Below, piece by piece: positions 50,707 to 61,906 of a stretch of DNA of 64,000 bases; positions within the stretch are counted from its first letter, which is position 1, and each line of letters begins with the position of its first letter. The translations under genes were made by a program, and so were the position numbers. The notes below the pieces were generated by a model, which saw only the letters and a list, made by a program, of their open reading frames with translations, had not been told where the DNA came from and did no database searches. Location: assembly GCA_977030845.1 (NCBI GenBank), contig OZ365116.1:20274001-20338000 (forward strand), read 5' to 3'. The DNA comes from Fimbriosthenelais zetlandica (taxonomy: Eukaryota).

Positions 50707-51120
50707 TATTGGTTCCTTAGACTTTGCACCGCCTTTAGAAGTCACGATTCGTCATGTTAATCCATTGTTTTAGCCCAAATACCGACCTTGCTCCATTATT
50801 TTGCAGAATAACTCGCGTTTGTTTTCGCTTAATTTCGGTTCGGTAATTTCCGCCTCTTTTCGTTGAACAAAATGGCGGCGATAGCCTCAAAGCCTGAAAA
50901 TCAAAGACATCCATATAGGTTTCTTACTTTTCCTCAACTATCAGCGTCTATAGCATCAAAATATACCTAATTAATAATATCGTTAACCATACAGGATACA
51001 TAGACAGATTTATCGTTTGTTTTAGAAAATGTCCTTTGAGAATCTTTGTTTGGAGGCTATGTCTGTCTGTGCGTCAGACTCCAGAAGCAAATGAACGAAG
51101 CCAGCTAAAATGACGTGACA
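50707..51120. promoter_or_regulatory. Bidirectional promoter region shared by DEAF1 and PATL1
   Basis: 414 bp between divergent start codons, locally CpG-rich. YY1-type CAAAATGGCGGC at 50868-50879, TGACGTGA at 51111-51118, TTCG cluster at 50824-50862. Confidence 0.85.
50839..50853 (+). promoter_or_regulatory. Candidate DEAF1/NUDR binding site
   Basis: TTCGGTAATTTCCGC versus recalled consensus TTCGGGNNTTTCCGG (2 mismatches). Three more TTCG cores lie within about 20 bp. Confidence 0.55.
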
Positions 51121-54100
51121 ATGTCTAGTTTCTTCGGTTTTGATTCGAATGTTCCGGTAAATATACAGTATTATTCATTTATTGTGTATTATAGTATTAG
51201 CCTAATTACTGATCAATGTAAATAATATCAGTACTTCCCTACCTTTCTTGATACCGTGGTTTTTTCCGCGTGCAATCTGGGGGCACGGTGTCGGTGGTGC
51301 AAGCCAACGTGAACGGGTCGAGTCACCCAACGGGGGCCAACCTCATTCTGTACCCCGATTTATAAAGTGGTTGGTGGGGTGCTGGTGGGAACTTAAGTTG
51401 GTTATGCCACGATCCCAATCCTTGTAGTTTCACTTGAATCACCATGCTGCTATTATCTGATACTAGTGATAGAATAACTTTGTCAATGCAGTGTCAATGA
51501 CAATGACATGTCATGTGTAAATGTTTATCAGTTCTAGACTTTAGACATTAAAAATAAATGCCACCCTTTTTCTCCAGTCGCTCGGGGCGGGCAAGTTCGA
51601 AGACTTGGAGCCCGAGCTTCCGGATGATGAAGATATTGACGATGTGAACGATGAAACGTTTGGAGCAGGAGCAGTCTGTAAGTCCATACCTATGTCTATG
51701 ACTATGATCACTTGAACTGATCAGTCCTGTGATAGATTAATTAAAACTGTTACATGACATTCTCGCCATGCGAATAGAGTCACCCGAGGTCAGACATTCC
51801 CTAAAAATGAAACTGAAGAAGGCCTCCCACCAGGCCAAAACGTCGTTATTGCAAATGTACAACAATATGCCTAATTAAATCCCCAAAAATTTTAAACTGA
51901 CTGTATTTTGGGAGTTCTGGTGTTTTTTCAATTTTTAATTCCTTAAAAATGTCGCATTGTAAGCTTTAAACGAATTTAGTATTCAAATTTTCTTAAATGT
52001 TTTGCTTTTAGTCGGAGGAGACTGGGAAGTTGAGCACGAGAAGTTAGCAGAGGAGTTAGAACACTTCAAATATGGGGTAGACGGACACATAGTGACAGGC
52101 AGTTCCAACCATGGCCGTCCAAGGAACAGTTCAGTCCGTGAGGAAGAGGAGGCTTACCGTCAGGACTTCTCTAATAACTACACATCACAGGAGGTGAGTA
52201 CAGACTAAATACACATTGATTTAAACATTCACTAGAATACTCTCTTTATAAATAATACCAGGTCACATGCTACAATTAGGGCCAACAAAAATTAGTAATT
52301 AAACAAATATATTTCATTCACATTTGATGAAATGTATGATCCATGATGATTTTGTTTTGCAGGATGACCTGGAGAAGAGCCTATCACAGTTGGTGGTGGA
52401 TGACGATGATATTGATGATCCGGCCATCATGAACTTATCCAAGAATAGACCCATCCCTCAGGTAAACCCCAATACACACACAGGCTGTATTTGGATAAAT
52501 TATCTAAGTGGAATTTTTTATTTTATTGAAAATCATGTAAACCGATATATCGTATTTTCTCTTTTCAATATCCATAGAAGTTCTTTGTGGAAATATTCTA
52601 ATTAATGTCACATGTGTACACTCTTCTGCACTAGAAATTAAGTTAAGAATGGCTTTACTTTTTAAGGACTGCCTTACACCCAACCTAATACCTGTACATA
52701 CATTTGATGGTGCATGTAATTCCCTCTAAAGGGGAAGAAAACACTAGTATCATGTAGGGTTTTATAAAGGAAAAAACTTGATTTATTTATCCTGAAATAC
52801 ATTTGGAAAATTATAGAATATTTAGATATTTATTTAAAGAAAACATTTGATCTTGGGATCAATGACGTGTTCACTAGTGTTTTCTTCCACTTTAAGCCAA
52901 TGGTTCGTGAATGAATACATCAACCCATTTGGTATTAAGACCTATATATGTTTAAGTCAAGTTTAAAATGCCGGGAGCTGCTAGGAAATGAATAATACGT
53001 TATAATAGTCATGCATTCCTCAAGCCAGACTGAGCTTGTATTTAACTAATGAGCAACTCCTGGTCCTCTTACCCTCTATCCCGACCTTTTGAAACGTTAT
53101 GATATCACTAGTTCATACTAATGTCCCTTACCACCTTGACTGTGATGCTAGTAACCGCTTGTAAGCTTGCCACTAACTTTAAGACCTTCCTACTGGGTTG
53201 CTCAGGTACCTAGTTATTTCATACAGGCTAAGAACACCAATCTGGACAACTTGTTTGGTCCTTCATCGCCTCCAGCTTTCCTCAACACAGAGCATTTGGT
53301 AAGTGGTAAATCATCATCGAAGTATTTCCAAGACATACTTGGATTACAAAATGTCCGCATCACGTCCTTGGATTATGATGCTATAAATTTCATGTACTTT
53401 CATTTATTTAATTATAAGAATTTCACAAGTGTTCACTCGTTCATTACCGTTAAGAAATTGTTATAAATCTACTCACCAATATTTCATTAAACACTTGCAC
53501 ATTGTTGAGGTTATATGATGCACTAAATAAGATCATAATTTGTTAGTTGAGTGTGTTGCCCATTTATGTTGTTAACTAAATGAAATAATTTTGGGTGATT
53601 AGGTGTCCCCGGGTAAGACCAACATCTGGGGATCTCCAGTAACCAAGGAGAGCTACATGGAAGCTACTCCTCCTAATGAAGATGCTGGGATCAAGAACCT
53701 ACTCAGCATGCTCCAAGGTCCTCCAAAACAGCAACAACCCTTCCAGGTGATTGTTAACAAATTATCTATGGCTTCAAATATGGTTATCCACAATTGACTT
53801 TTAGTAATTTTTGAGGTGGTTTTCATGTCTTTAATTAATTTTCAGGACCCGTCTATTGTGATGGCGGGTAAGCCGACCCAGCTGCTGAACGCGCGCAGTG
53901 TGGACGAGCTGGAGATGGAGATGATGGGAGAGGCAGTGAGAGGTGGAGATCACCACCACAAGAAACCTATGAGACCCATGACAGTGGAGGAGCTGGAGAG
54001 AGAGATGAGAGCTCAGCCTATACCTGTACCCCATGGTGGACCCCCCGGTCACAACCATCAACAACATCCTATAGGTACTCCCCCTCACGGCCAGTACATC

Positions 54101-57100
54101 CAACAAAACATCAAGGTACATCCATCTTAACCACAATTTTTAAATTTAAATTTTTAATGTTTAATATTTCTATATTTTGGAAGAACTGAAACCTGATTTA
54201 TAACAAACTTTCTCCCTCTAACTGTAGTGTAAAGTACATTATATTTGATAAAAAAAATCCTGATTTATATTCAATATTCTGGAAGAACTGAATGCTGAAG
54301 CAATTTTCTAAAAAATACTAAAACTCCTTTGTGTTGTTGCAGCCCCGCCCGCCCGTGGGTAACCATGTCGGACCTCGTGGCAGTGGTAGCCCAGGTCAAC
54401 ACTTCAGCTCCTCGCCTCACGCTCCAGGCTATGGTCACTCCTCAGTTCCTATCACCATCGCCAAGCGTGGCACCCCTCCCCCTCCCGGATTCCACCAAGG
54501 TCGGTTCTCATTTTGATCTTAGAAATTACATCCTTTACTTGTCTGACATTATATTCACCCACCATTTGCCGTCTTAACCTTACTTTCTTTAATTAGAATT
54601 TGCCTTCCTTTAATTAGAATTTGCCTTTCTTTCATTACAATTTGCCTTATTGTCCTGGCTTATTTATTTAATGTGTGTAGTGTAGTGGTAGTGTACTGAT
54701 CCTTGCTGGCCTTGTAGTTAATCAGTAGTTATTGTGACGTCTGTAGGTATTGTGTCGTCTGTAGCTTTGTTTGCTGGCCTTGTAGTTATTCAGTAGATAT
54801 TGTGTCGTCTGTAGCTTTATTTGCTGGCCTTCTTTCAGCGTCCAGATGTGCCTCACCTCTGCTTGCTTCCTTCATATTGAGAAGTGCCTCACCACAGTTG
54901 CACCCCCCTGTTTCCTCCCCATCTCCTATCATGTTGAGGAATTCACTAGTCTCCCTTCCTTCCTCAACTACTGCCCCTTCTCTTATATTGAGAAGCTCGC
55001 CCTCCTCCCCTTCCCCACTTAATCTTATAATGCACCCTTCTCTTCCCACCCATCATTCTGTGCCCACTCTTCTCTTAGGAACCTCTCCTCAGTTACAGAA
55101 TAATCAGAGGGCCACAACAGTCCTGGTTCAGGCCAAGCCCCCGCGCCCCCCTACACCCTTCCCTAAGTCCAATCCACTGGCGTTTCTCCAGGGTCAATCC
55201 ATGGTTAATTTCTCCCAGCACCAATCTATACCATCAGGGAATATAGCAACCAGTGTCAGTGGGCAGGGACCAGCGTTATCTATTAAAAGTTCACCCCCAC
55301 AGTGTGGACCTGTGATGATGGTGAGAGGTGAGAATATAGCTAACACTCCACCAGTATGTGGAGCAGCTCTGATCAATGCCATGGCTCCACGAGACTATGA
55401 ACCTAGACAGTTCATGACACCTGAACCAGCCAGAGGCCGCTCCCCCCTAGCTCAGAAAGTCGTATTTAATTCCTTGCCTACCAACCAGAAAAGAATGCGT
55501 CCGATGCTGTCTAAATTGATCATGCCTCCTACAATCAGTACTCTGGTTGAGATGGCCACCCCTCTCACAGCCACCCCCGTGTCAGGTATGAGAACCCCAT
55601 TCGCCGCCTCCACCCCCCTCACCACCACCAATATCACCGCTTCCCCATTCAATGACAGCGGAGTGGTTCTCTCACCCGAGACTAAGAAGAAGCTCTTAGC
55701 CGCTCTCACCCAGAGACTGCTGTCTCCTGATTCCACGTTGGGTATGTAGCTAGCAGCAAGATGTTACCGTTGCTAGTTGCAGAATGTTGATGCATGTGTT
55801 CTTTTCAATTTCAATGGTTATGGGTTTTTGATTTTTCAGAATATGTTCCAATTTGAATTGTTCCTAATTTATTTTAAGTGGAAAAGTAAGGTCCTAGCGT
55901 CCTAACATTTATAAGGAATATTAACTTTTCTGTTATGTTTATAAATATATTTTCTACATTGTATTACAGTAATCCTGGTGTCTTTCTGGACTCTTTCACT
56001 GTATAACTATTTTCCACGTCACATATAAATGCATAATATAATATCTTTTTTGTTTGTGAACTGCTAGGTGATATAAATTCTGAAGATTGTAGTATATAAC
56101 AACTGTTCTTTATTCTAATGAATCTGATGTGAATTAACAGGTAGTCCTGCCGATCGATCCGGACCACCTAGTGGACCCGGACCCAAGGACAGGAATATGC
56201 CCCCCTTCCTCTCCAACACCCCGGTGCAACAAAGGTGAGAATAAATATAAAGTACCTTGAGTCTATACATTATATTTCCTCATTTAAGTAGCAGAATACT
56301 GTACTCTAGATGTAGTAAATCATTTTATGATATGATTTTCAGGATGCCCTTCCCCGGTGGTTTCCCTAATGACATGCGGCATCGCGGCCCCCACCCCCTC
56401 CAGGGACCTCCTCCACCTCGAGGCCACCCAATGTTCAAGTGAGTTTTTCACTTTTCAATATAGTTCAATTTCCAATATTATATAGTTCAATTTCCTTGTT
56501 AAATGACCCTGTATTTATTAACTTCTTTTCTTTATTGCAGCCAAAACCGGCCTGGATTTGACCCACGTTTCCAGAATGGTCCTAGACCCATGGGTGACCG
56601 CTTCCCACCGCCTGGAGAAAGATTCCCACCCCCTGGGGACAGGTTCCCACTTCCTGGAGACAGATTTCCTCCTCCTGGGGAGAGATTCCCGCCTCCTGAT
56701 GATCGGTTTGGACCTCATGAGCGTCATCAGAATGGTGATTTCCATGGCCGTCATCCGGGTGACCACCACATGGAGCGTGGACGTGGAGGATTTAACCACA
56801 TGGACCGAGGCCGGGGCTTCCCGCCTCGTGGTGGTGGTAGAGGTGGCTTTGATGGTCCACATGATGGTAGGATGGGCTTTGACATGCGGGGCCGGGGTCC
56901 CATGCCGCCCCATGATATGAGAGGTAGAGGTGGCTTTGATATGAGAGGCCGCGGCCGTGGCTTCCACCATCCCGGCTACAGATGGAGACAGAATTCACTG
57001 GGTGATGACGAGGAGTTCGATCATGGAGAACGGGACGAATACGCACACCTCATGACTCAGAAAGAAAGAGACTGGATCATTAAAATCCAACTGATGCAAC

Positions 57101-59214
57101 TTCACACTAGCAATCCTTACCTAGACGATTACTATTACACTGTGAGTGTCATCCTTAAAGCTTTTTCCGATTCACTTATTTAATTCTGCTCAATTGGGAT
57201 GAGCAGAACTGGATGAATTTTGAATTTAAATTTTGGTCCAATTGACTAATGACTCACATAAATGACATCCTATTTCAGAAATGGCAGATGGAGATGCTCT
57301 ACCGGGAGAGAGCGGCCAAATCTGACAAGAAGGGAGAACCCAAATTGGTGCTACCTCAACTTGCCAAGCTCGATTCACGAATGTACAAACCAGGTAATTT
57401 TAACTTGAGTTTTACTAACCCAGATCTGCCAAATCAGCGAATTGTACACTTGTTAATATTGTGTATTTATTGCATTATCTGCCGTGTGTTTTAACTGTTG
57501 CTGTCTTGTTACAGTTCAGTTTGAGGGATCACTAGGCCGCCTCACCGCGTCCAGTGTACATAATCCACGTCAAATTATAGACGTCAAGATGAAGACCAAC
57601 ACCACGGAGGAGGAGGGCAGGCACAAGGAGGTCCGCCGCTTTAAACAGCTCCTCATCAACATAGAAAAGGTACGTCACCAACCATAGATACTAACTCAAA
57701 ACAAGAAGCTTTTTATCTCTTTTTCGCACATTACTTTCCATTCCCCAGTGACCAAAATCTATCCAGAAAGAGCTTTCTAATCTATTTAGTAGATTTTACA
57801 GAATAAGTATATATGGTTTAAATAGTTGTTTTCAATGGCATATTTTTTATTTTACAGAGCTACGACCTGTTACTGGACATTGATGACGTAGAGAAGCGAG
57901 CCATGGCGTTACCTGAGGATTCCCGCCCACCAATGTTTAAGGAGCGGGCTCAGAAGATCGAGGATCTGTATGGACGGTTATACCTGGACGGCAGGGAAGA
58001 CACCACACTCGTACAGCTCATTATGGTCCGTAAAGGTGCCAAACTGGTGGCCAGAACCGTACCCTTCCTCAGCCGGGTATGTGTATTCAACTAGAACTCT
58101 ACTTAATCATTTTGCTAACAGTGTCTTCATCCCAGAAATTGCTGACAATTATATAAAAAGAAAATTCTTATAATACAAAGGGACTCGTATTTTATTGTTG
58201 CTCACTAATATATAATTGCTCAATAATTAGTTGGTTCAAATATAAATATTTTGAATAACAAAAATGAAACATTTTATTGGCTTATTCCTGCAGGATCAAG
58301 CGGTGAACGTTGTGGTTGCAGTTCTACAGAACCTTCCAAGCATTATCAAACGGGAGCAACCGGACGAGGTACGACAACGCATCCATTTATAATATTTATT
58401 TATTTAATCATTATTTATGTATTTATTTATTTGATATTTCAATTAATTAACCTTGTCAAACGTTGAATTGTTTTTGGTAATAATGAGTGTTGTTTGTGTG
58501 CAGGTGATGGCCCAGCTCTTCCAGGCCATGGCCCGGGTCATCACTAATCTGGATCTAGAGACGCTTGTTCTACTCAGTAGCGTCTTCACTCCTAATGCTG
58601 ACACAGCAGCTCTACTATCAAACATACTGCAGTCAAAGGTGAGAATACAATAAGCCTCTTCTCACCTCTTACTGAAACAAAATAATGCCTTTTGTGCATC
58701 ACAGTTTTTCTTTTCTTTTACAGTTGAATTTTAAATTTAACATTAATTTATTATTATTTTCCAGTTTGGGTCGTCTCTGGTTTGGTCTGTCATTAGTCGA
58801 GGGGAGATCATCTTCCGCACTGTATCACCGGTTGATCTGGATGCCTCCTGCCAAAAGTCTTGGTGAGTGATCACATATTTATACCCTACAGAATCAGGCA
58901 TCGAATAATTTAAATATTTATTAAATTAAAAAAATAAATGGAAGTAAATTGCAATATGTGAATGGTGAGTAATGAGTATATATATTTTCAGGTCCGTCTA
59001 TGTGAAGATGGTGGGTGAGGCAGCCTGTCAGACATCAGAGCTAGCTCAGCCCTACTACATCTTCCCCACCGTACCAGCATACCTCCACCGACACCTGGGG
59101 GTGAATATGTCAGGTAGTATGGAGGAGCGGATAACATCAGCTCTCACTCCCTGTACACCGCCAGCCCTCGACGTGCAGCCTACCACCCCCCAGGTGGTCC
59201 AGGTCTCCTCCTGA
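51121..59214 (+). CDS. PATL1: PAT1 homolog 1 (mRNA decapping activator, P-body scaffold), 1257 aa with all exons. Exons 51121-51156, 51578-51677, 52012-52193, 52363-52461, 53227-53298, 53603-53746, 53846-54115, 54343-54499, 54839-55741, 56141-56234, 56343-56438, 56541-57141, 57279-57393, 57515-57669, 57858-58076, 58294-58368, 58504-58638, 58765-58862, 58992-59214
   Basis: Pat1 hallmarks: MSSFFGFD start, [104 protein letters not shown]. All junctions are GT-AG and phase-consistent. Total 3774 nt. Confidence 0.96.
52730..52891. mobile_element. Non-autonomous DNA transposon (MITE), TTAA-type target duplication, Kolobok-like termini, in PATL1 intron 4
   Basis: 19-bp terminal inverted repeats AGGGGAAGAAAACACTAGT / ACTAGTGTTTTCTTCCACT (18/19 match), flanked by CTAA and TTAA, AT-rich interior, 162 bp. 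Confidence 0.75.
54588..54648. repeat. 21-bp tandem repeat x3 (TTTAATTAGAATTTGCCTTCC-like)
   Basis: Direct reading of the intronic sequence. Confidence 0.9.
54703..54838 (+). repeat. ~50-bp tandem repeat (about 2.5 copies) ending at the acceptor of the PATL1 cassette exon
   Basis: TTGCTGGCCTT recurs at 54703, 54771 and 54821, with a shared GTAGTTA.TCAGTAG.TATTGTG.CGTCTGTAG body. Confidence 0.9.
54839..55741 (+). CDS. PATL1: Large symmetric (phase 1-1) cassette-type exon of PATL1 encoding 301 aa of Ser/Pro/Thr-rich sequence
   Basis: 903-nt open frame, acceptor ccttctttcag, donor TGG|GTATGT. Both ends are in phase with the flanking exons. No recognised homology. Confidence 0.72.
56593..56697 (+). 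repeat. Coding 21-bp repeat x5, G[DE]RFP[PL]P, in PATL1
   Basis: [35 protein letters not shown]. Confidence 0.95.
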
Positions 59215-59308
59215 CAACTCTAAGTCACAACTGCTGCCAACATGGCCAACAACAACAACATGCAATCACCACTAAAGGCCGGGTCTGTACCACTTGACAC
59301 CAGCCACC

Positions 59309-59378
59309 TGACGTCACTTAACGTCAAGAATGACGCTGGGTAGTCATGACGTCACCTGTGAACCAAGACGTGACGTCA
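59309..59378. promoter_or_regulatory. Cluster of three perfect CRE palindromes just 3' of the PATL1 stop
   Basis: TGACGTCA at 59309, 59347 and 59371, plus TAACGTCA at 59319. Confidence 0.45.
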
Positions 59379-61868
59379 CCTTCCATATTCATAGTGTAAA
59401 TCTTGCTACTACTGTACGAGGCAGCAAAACAACAGGAATCCATGGCAACTAACGCTGATGCATGAGGAGGGCATACAGAATCCAGTTAGTGACTACTTGT
59501 GTAAACTCAGTGAATTAAAGGGTCAGTGAATCATTGTATTGAGGTAATATATAATATTATCTAGGACCAGTTGTAATATTATGGAGAAAAAATATATTGT
59601 CATTTCTTTTGAAAATAGAGGTCAATTGGCTATCATGAGATATTCGTATCTATTTATCCATATCTCACGTCCTATTAAAGTTAAGTTTTTTTAAGGGACA
59701 TGAAGGTACAAAATGTCCTATGATTTCAATTATCAGGAATAATTTAGATTGTTAGTAAAGGCCAAATTATCTATTGCTAAGTGAATACCCTTGGAAGGGG
59801 GTTGAGTAGAGAGAGCTGCCATTTAACTTTGATTTCTTTTAGTCACATGATTTACCATGAATATTGGAAGTTTATCTCCCTAACTAATCACCCAATGTCA
59901 GTGTCAGTTAGAACTGGATTTAAACTAGAATTTACTTCTATTTTTCACCCGACAGTTGACAGTATGTAGAAAATCTGTTACTCTCCAGTCACACATTAGA
60001 TGTTCACCTGCCGCGTGTACAAAGTACAAACACTTCAGTTCTTTATTACTTATTGTTTAGATTTTTGCTTGTCTTTGAATGCTGCCTATTTGGAGCTAAT
60101 CACCAATAATTGCTAGCAATGAACACGGGTTTCCACAGGTGCTAAGTGTGCATATTATTATTATGTAGTCATTATTCTCATGCATGACAGAGGTTCTTCT
60201 ATTCCTTCCAAGTGTGAGCTGAATTTACAAAATGTCCTTTTGTGTAACAAAGCTTGGTATTGGCTTGGAAATATGATTATTTCCTAAAATAACCTGCTAT
60301 TGATTACTTGAGACCCAGTATTCTGCTATCTGAGGCTCATTTCATAATGACCTCATTATGGAACGGTCGCCTGGATGCTATCAAGCACAAAATCTTCATT
60401 TAATTTCCTTTGATGGTCGGCCAGCTTATACTTTCCTGGTGAAGATAACCTTAATCTTGCATGGTTTAGATCATATATAATAATGTCTAATGTGTTTATT
60501 TAAACATGTCCTGTGCTCTCCGGCGGAGATCTTCATCAAGTGCTCGACTAGAGGCATCTTTATTGTCACTGAAAAAAAATTAATGGATATCCACATAGTT
60601 AATTCAGCGGTCAACTATGACCTGTTCTATGTGTTGATGATCCCACTAAATCTACTTTACTTTTCACAGGGAATGAATATAACCCTGATTTTCTTTTGAA
60701 GTTATTATATTATCATCTAATTGGAAGTTATGTGTTCATGATTTAGAGTTCTGTTGATATTATCTTCTATAACCAGAGTCAAGGCTAACGTTCCTGTTAT
60801 TATTACCGGTACCCATTTAAAATTTGAATTGAGTTTGAGGGTTTTTTGGACCCCTTTCCCTCACTAAAATATGTCAAAAGTGAAGGTCTATTCTTTCTAA
60901 TATTTCAGTATGAATTAACTTTGTTTCGAAATGTACTATAGGTCGGTTTCTTGTTAGATTGAGGAGAATTTAGAATTTTATTTTGGTGTTTTGGTCACAT
61001 TTCTTTGTTGCAAACGAAACATGCTCCTATTATGCCTAAGCCATGTTGTGTATTTAAATCCAGTGGATGACACATTTACCATGGAAGAGTTGATCATGTA
61101 TGATTGGATGTCTAGTATTCAGTGTGTTATTTTTTACATCATTAAGGCGGTTAATCAGATGTTTTTCTTTTAAATGTTTGGTCTGTATTGTCTTAGGCTG
61201 ACGCCGAGGAGACCCGTTGCTATGCGCTATTGAAATTTCGCAGCTAGAATGATAGATTTTCTTTTTTCAATTATTACACTTATACTGCGCAAGGGGTGTG
61301 GCTTGAAAAAGAAAATCGAGTGAAATCATGTAGTTTGGTTTTTGAGGTTTTGTGCAGGCACACAAACGCTTCAGTCAAGGCTTACCCAGTTACTTATTTG
61401 AAACAGAGCTCTAATGCTTTAATCTGACACGATGGCAAAAGAGCTTGGGCATCTGGATTCGGATGTTCCATTGATAAATTGAGCTTAACAGTGAACTGTT
61501 GGGGGTGCATCTCCGGGGGTGGGGACAGTAACGATCAAAAGCCAACAGCAAAGTGGAAACATTTTGTTTGTAATTTTCTGTATAATTTAGGCTAAATGGA
61601 AAGTCATTTCCGTACTCGAAAAAAATCCTTGTCAGGATAATATGATTTCCAGGTGTTTGGAACTTTGTGGGAGCAATGTTTATTTGGTAGCTATGTTCAG
61701 CTGGTCTATTGTTTGGCCTGATCATAGAGGTGAAATTGTCCCCAGTGGCTGTGGCAATGCTTGTGATGATGTAGAATGGAAAAGGCACACTTGGATACTA
61801 CGTGTGTTTTGATTATCAGAATTTGTATTATGATAATCCAATTATGGGAATGTGTACCTTAACTGTGG

Positions 61869-61906
61869 GGCGACATATGTTATGCCCAGGCGACATTTGT
61901 TATGCC
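61869..61906. repeat. 20-bp tandem duplication GGCGACATWTGTTATGCC
   Basis: Copies at 61869 and 61889. Confidence 0.85.

Noticed and set aside
45226-57046. Antisense and alternate-frame ORFs overlapping real exons (e.g. 45226-45558, 53831-54136, 55452-55736, 56518-56970)
   Set aside because: Shadow ORFs of GC-rich, low-complexity coding exons.
61411-61788. 125-aa minus-strand ORF, considered as a transposon fragment
   Set aside because: No RT, endonuclease or DDE motif recognised.
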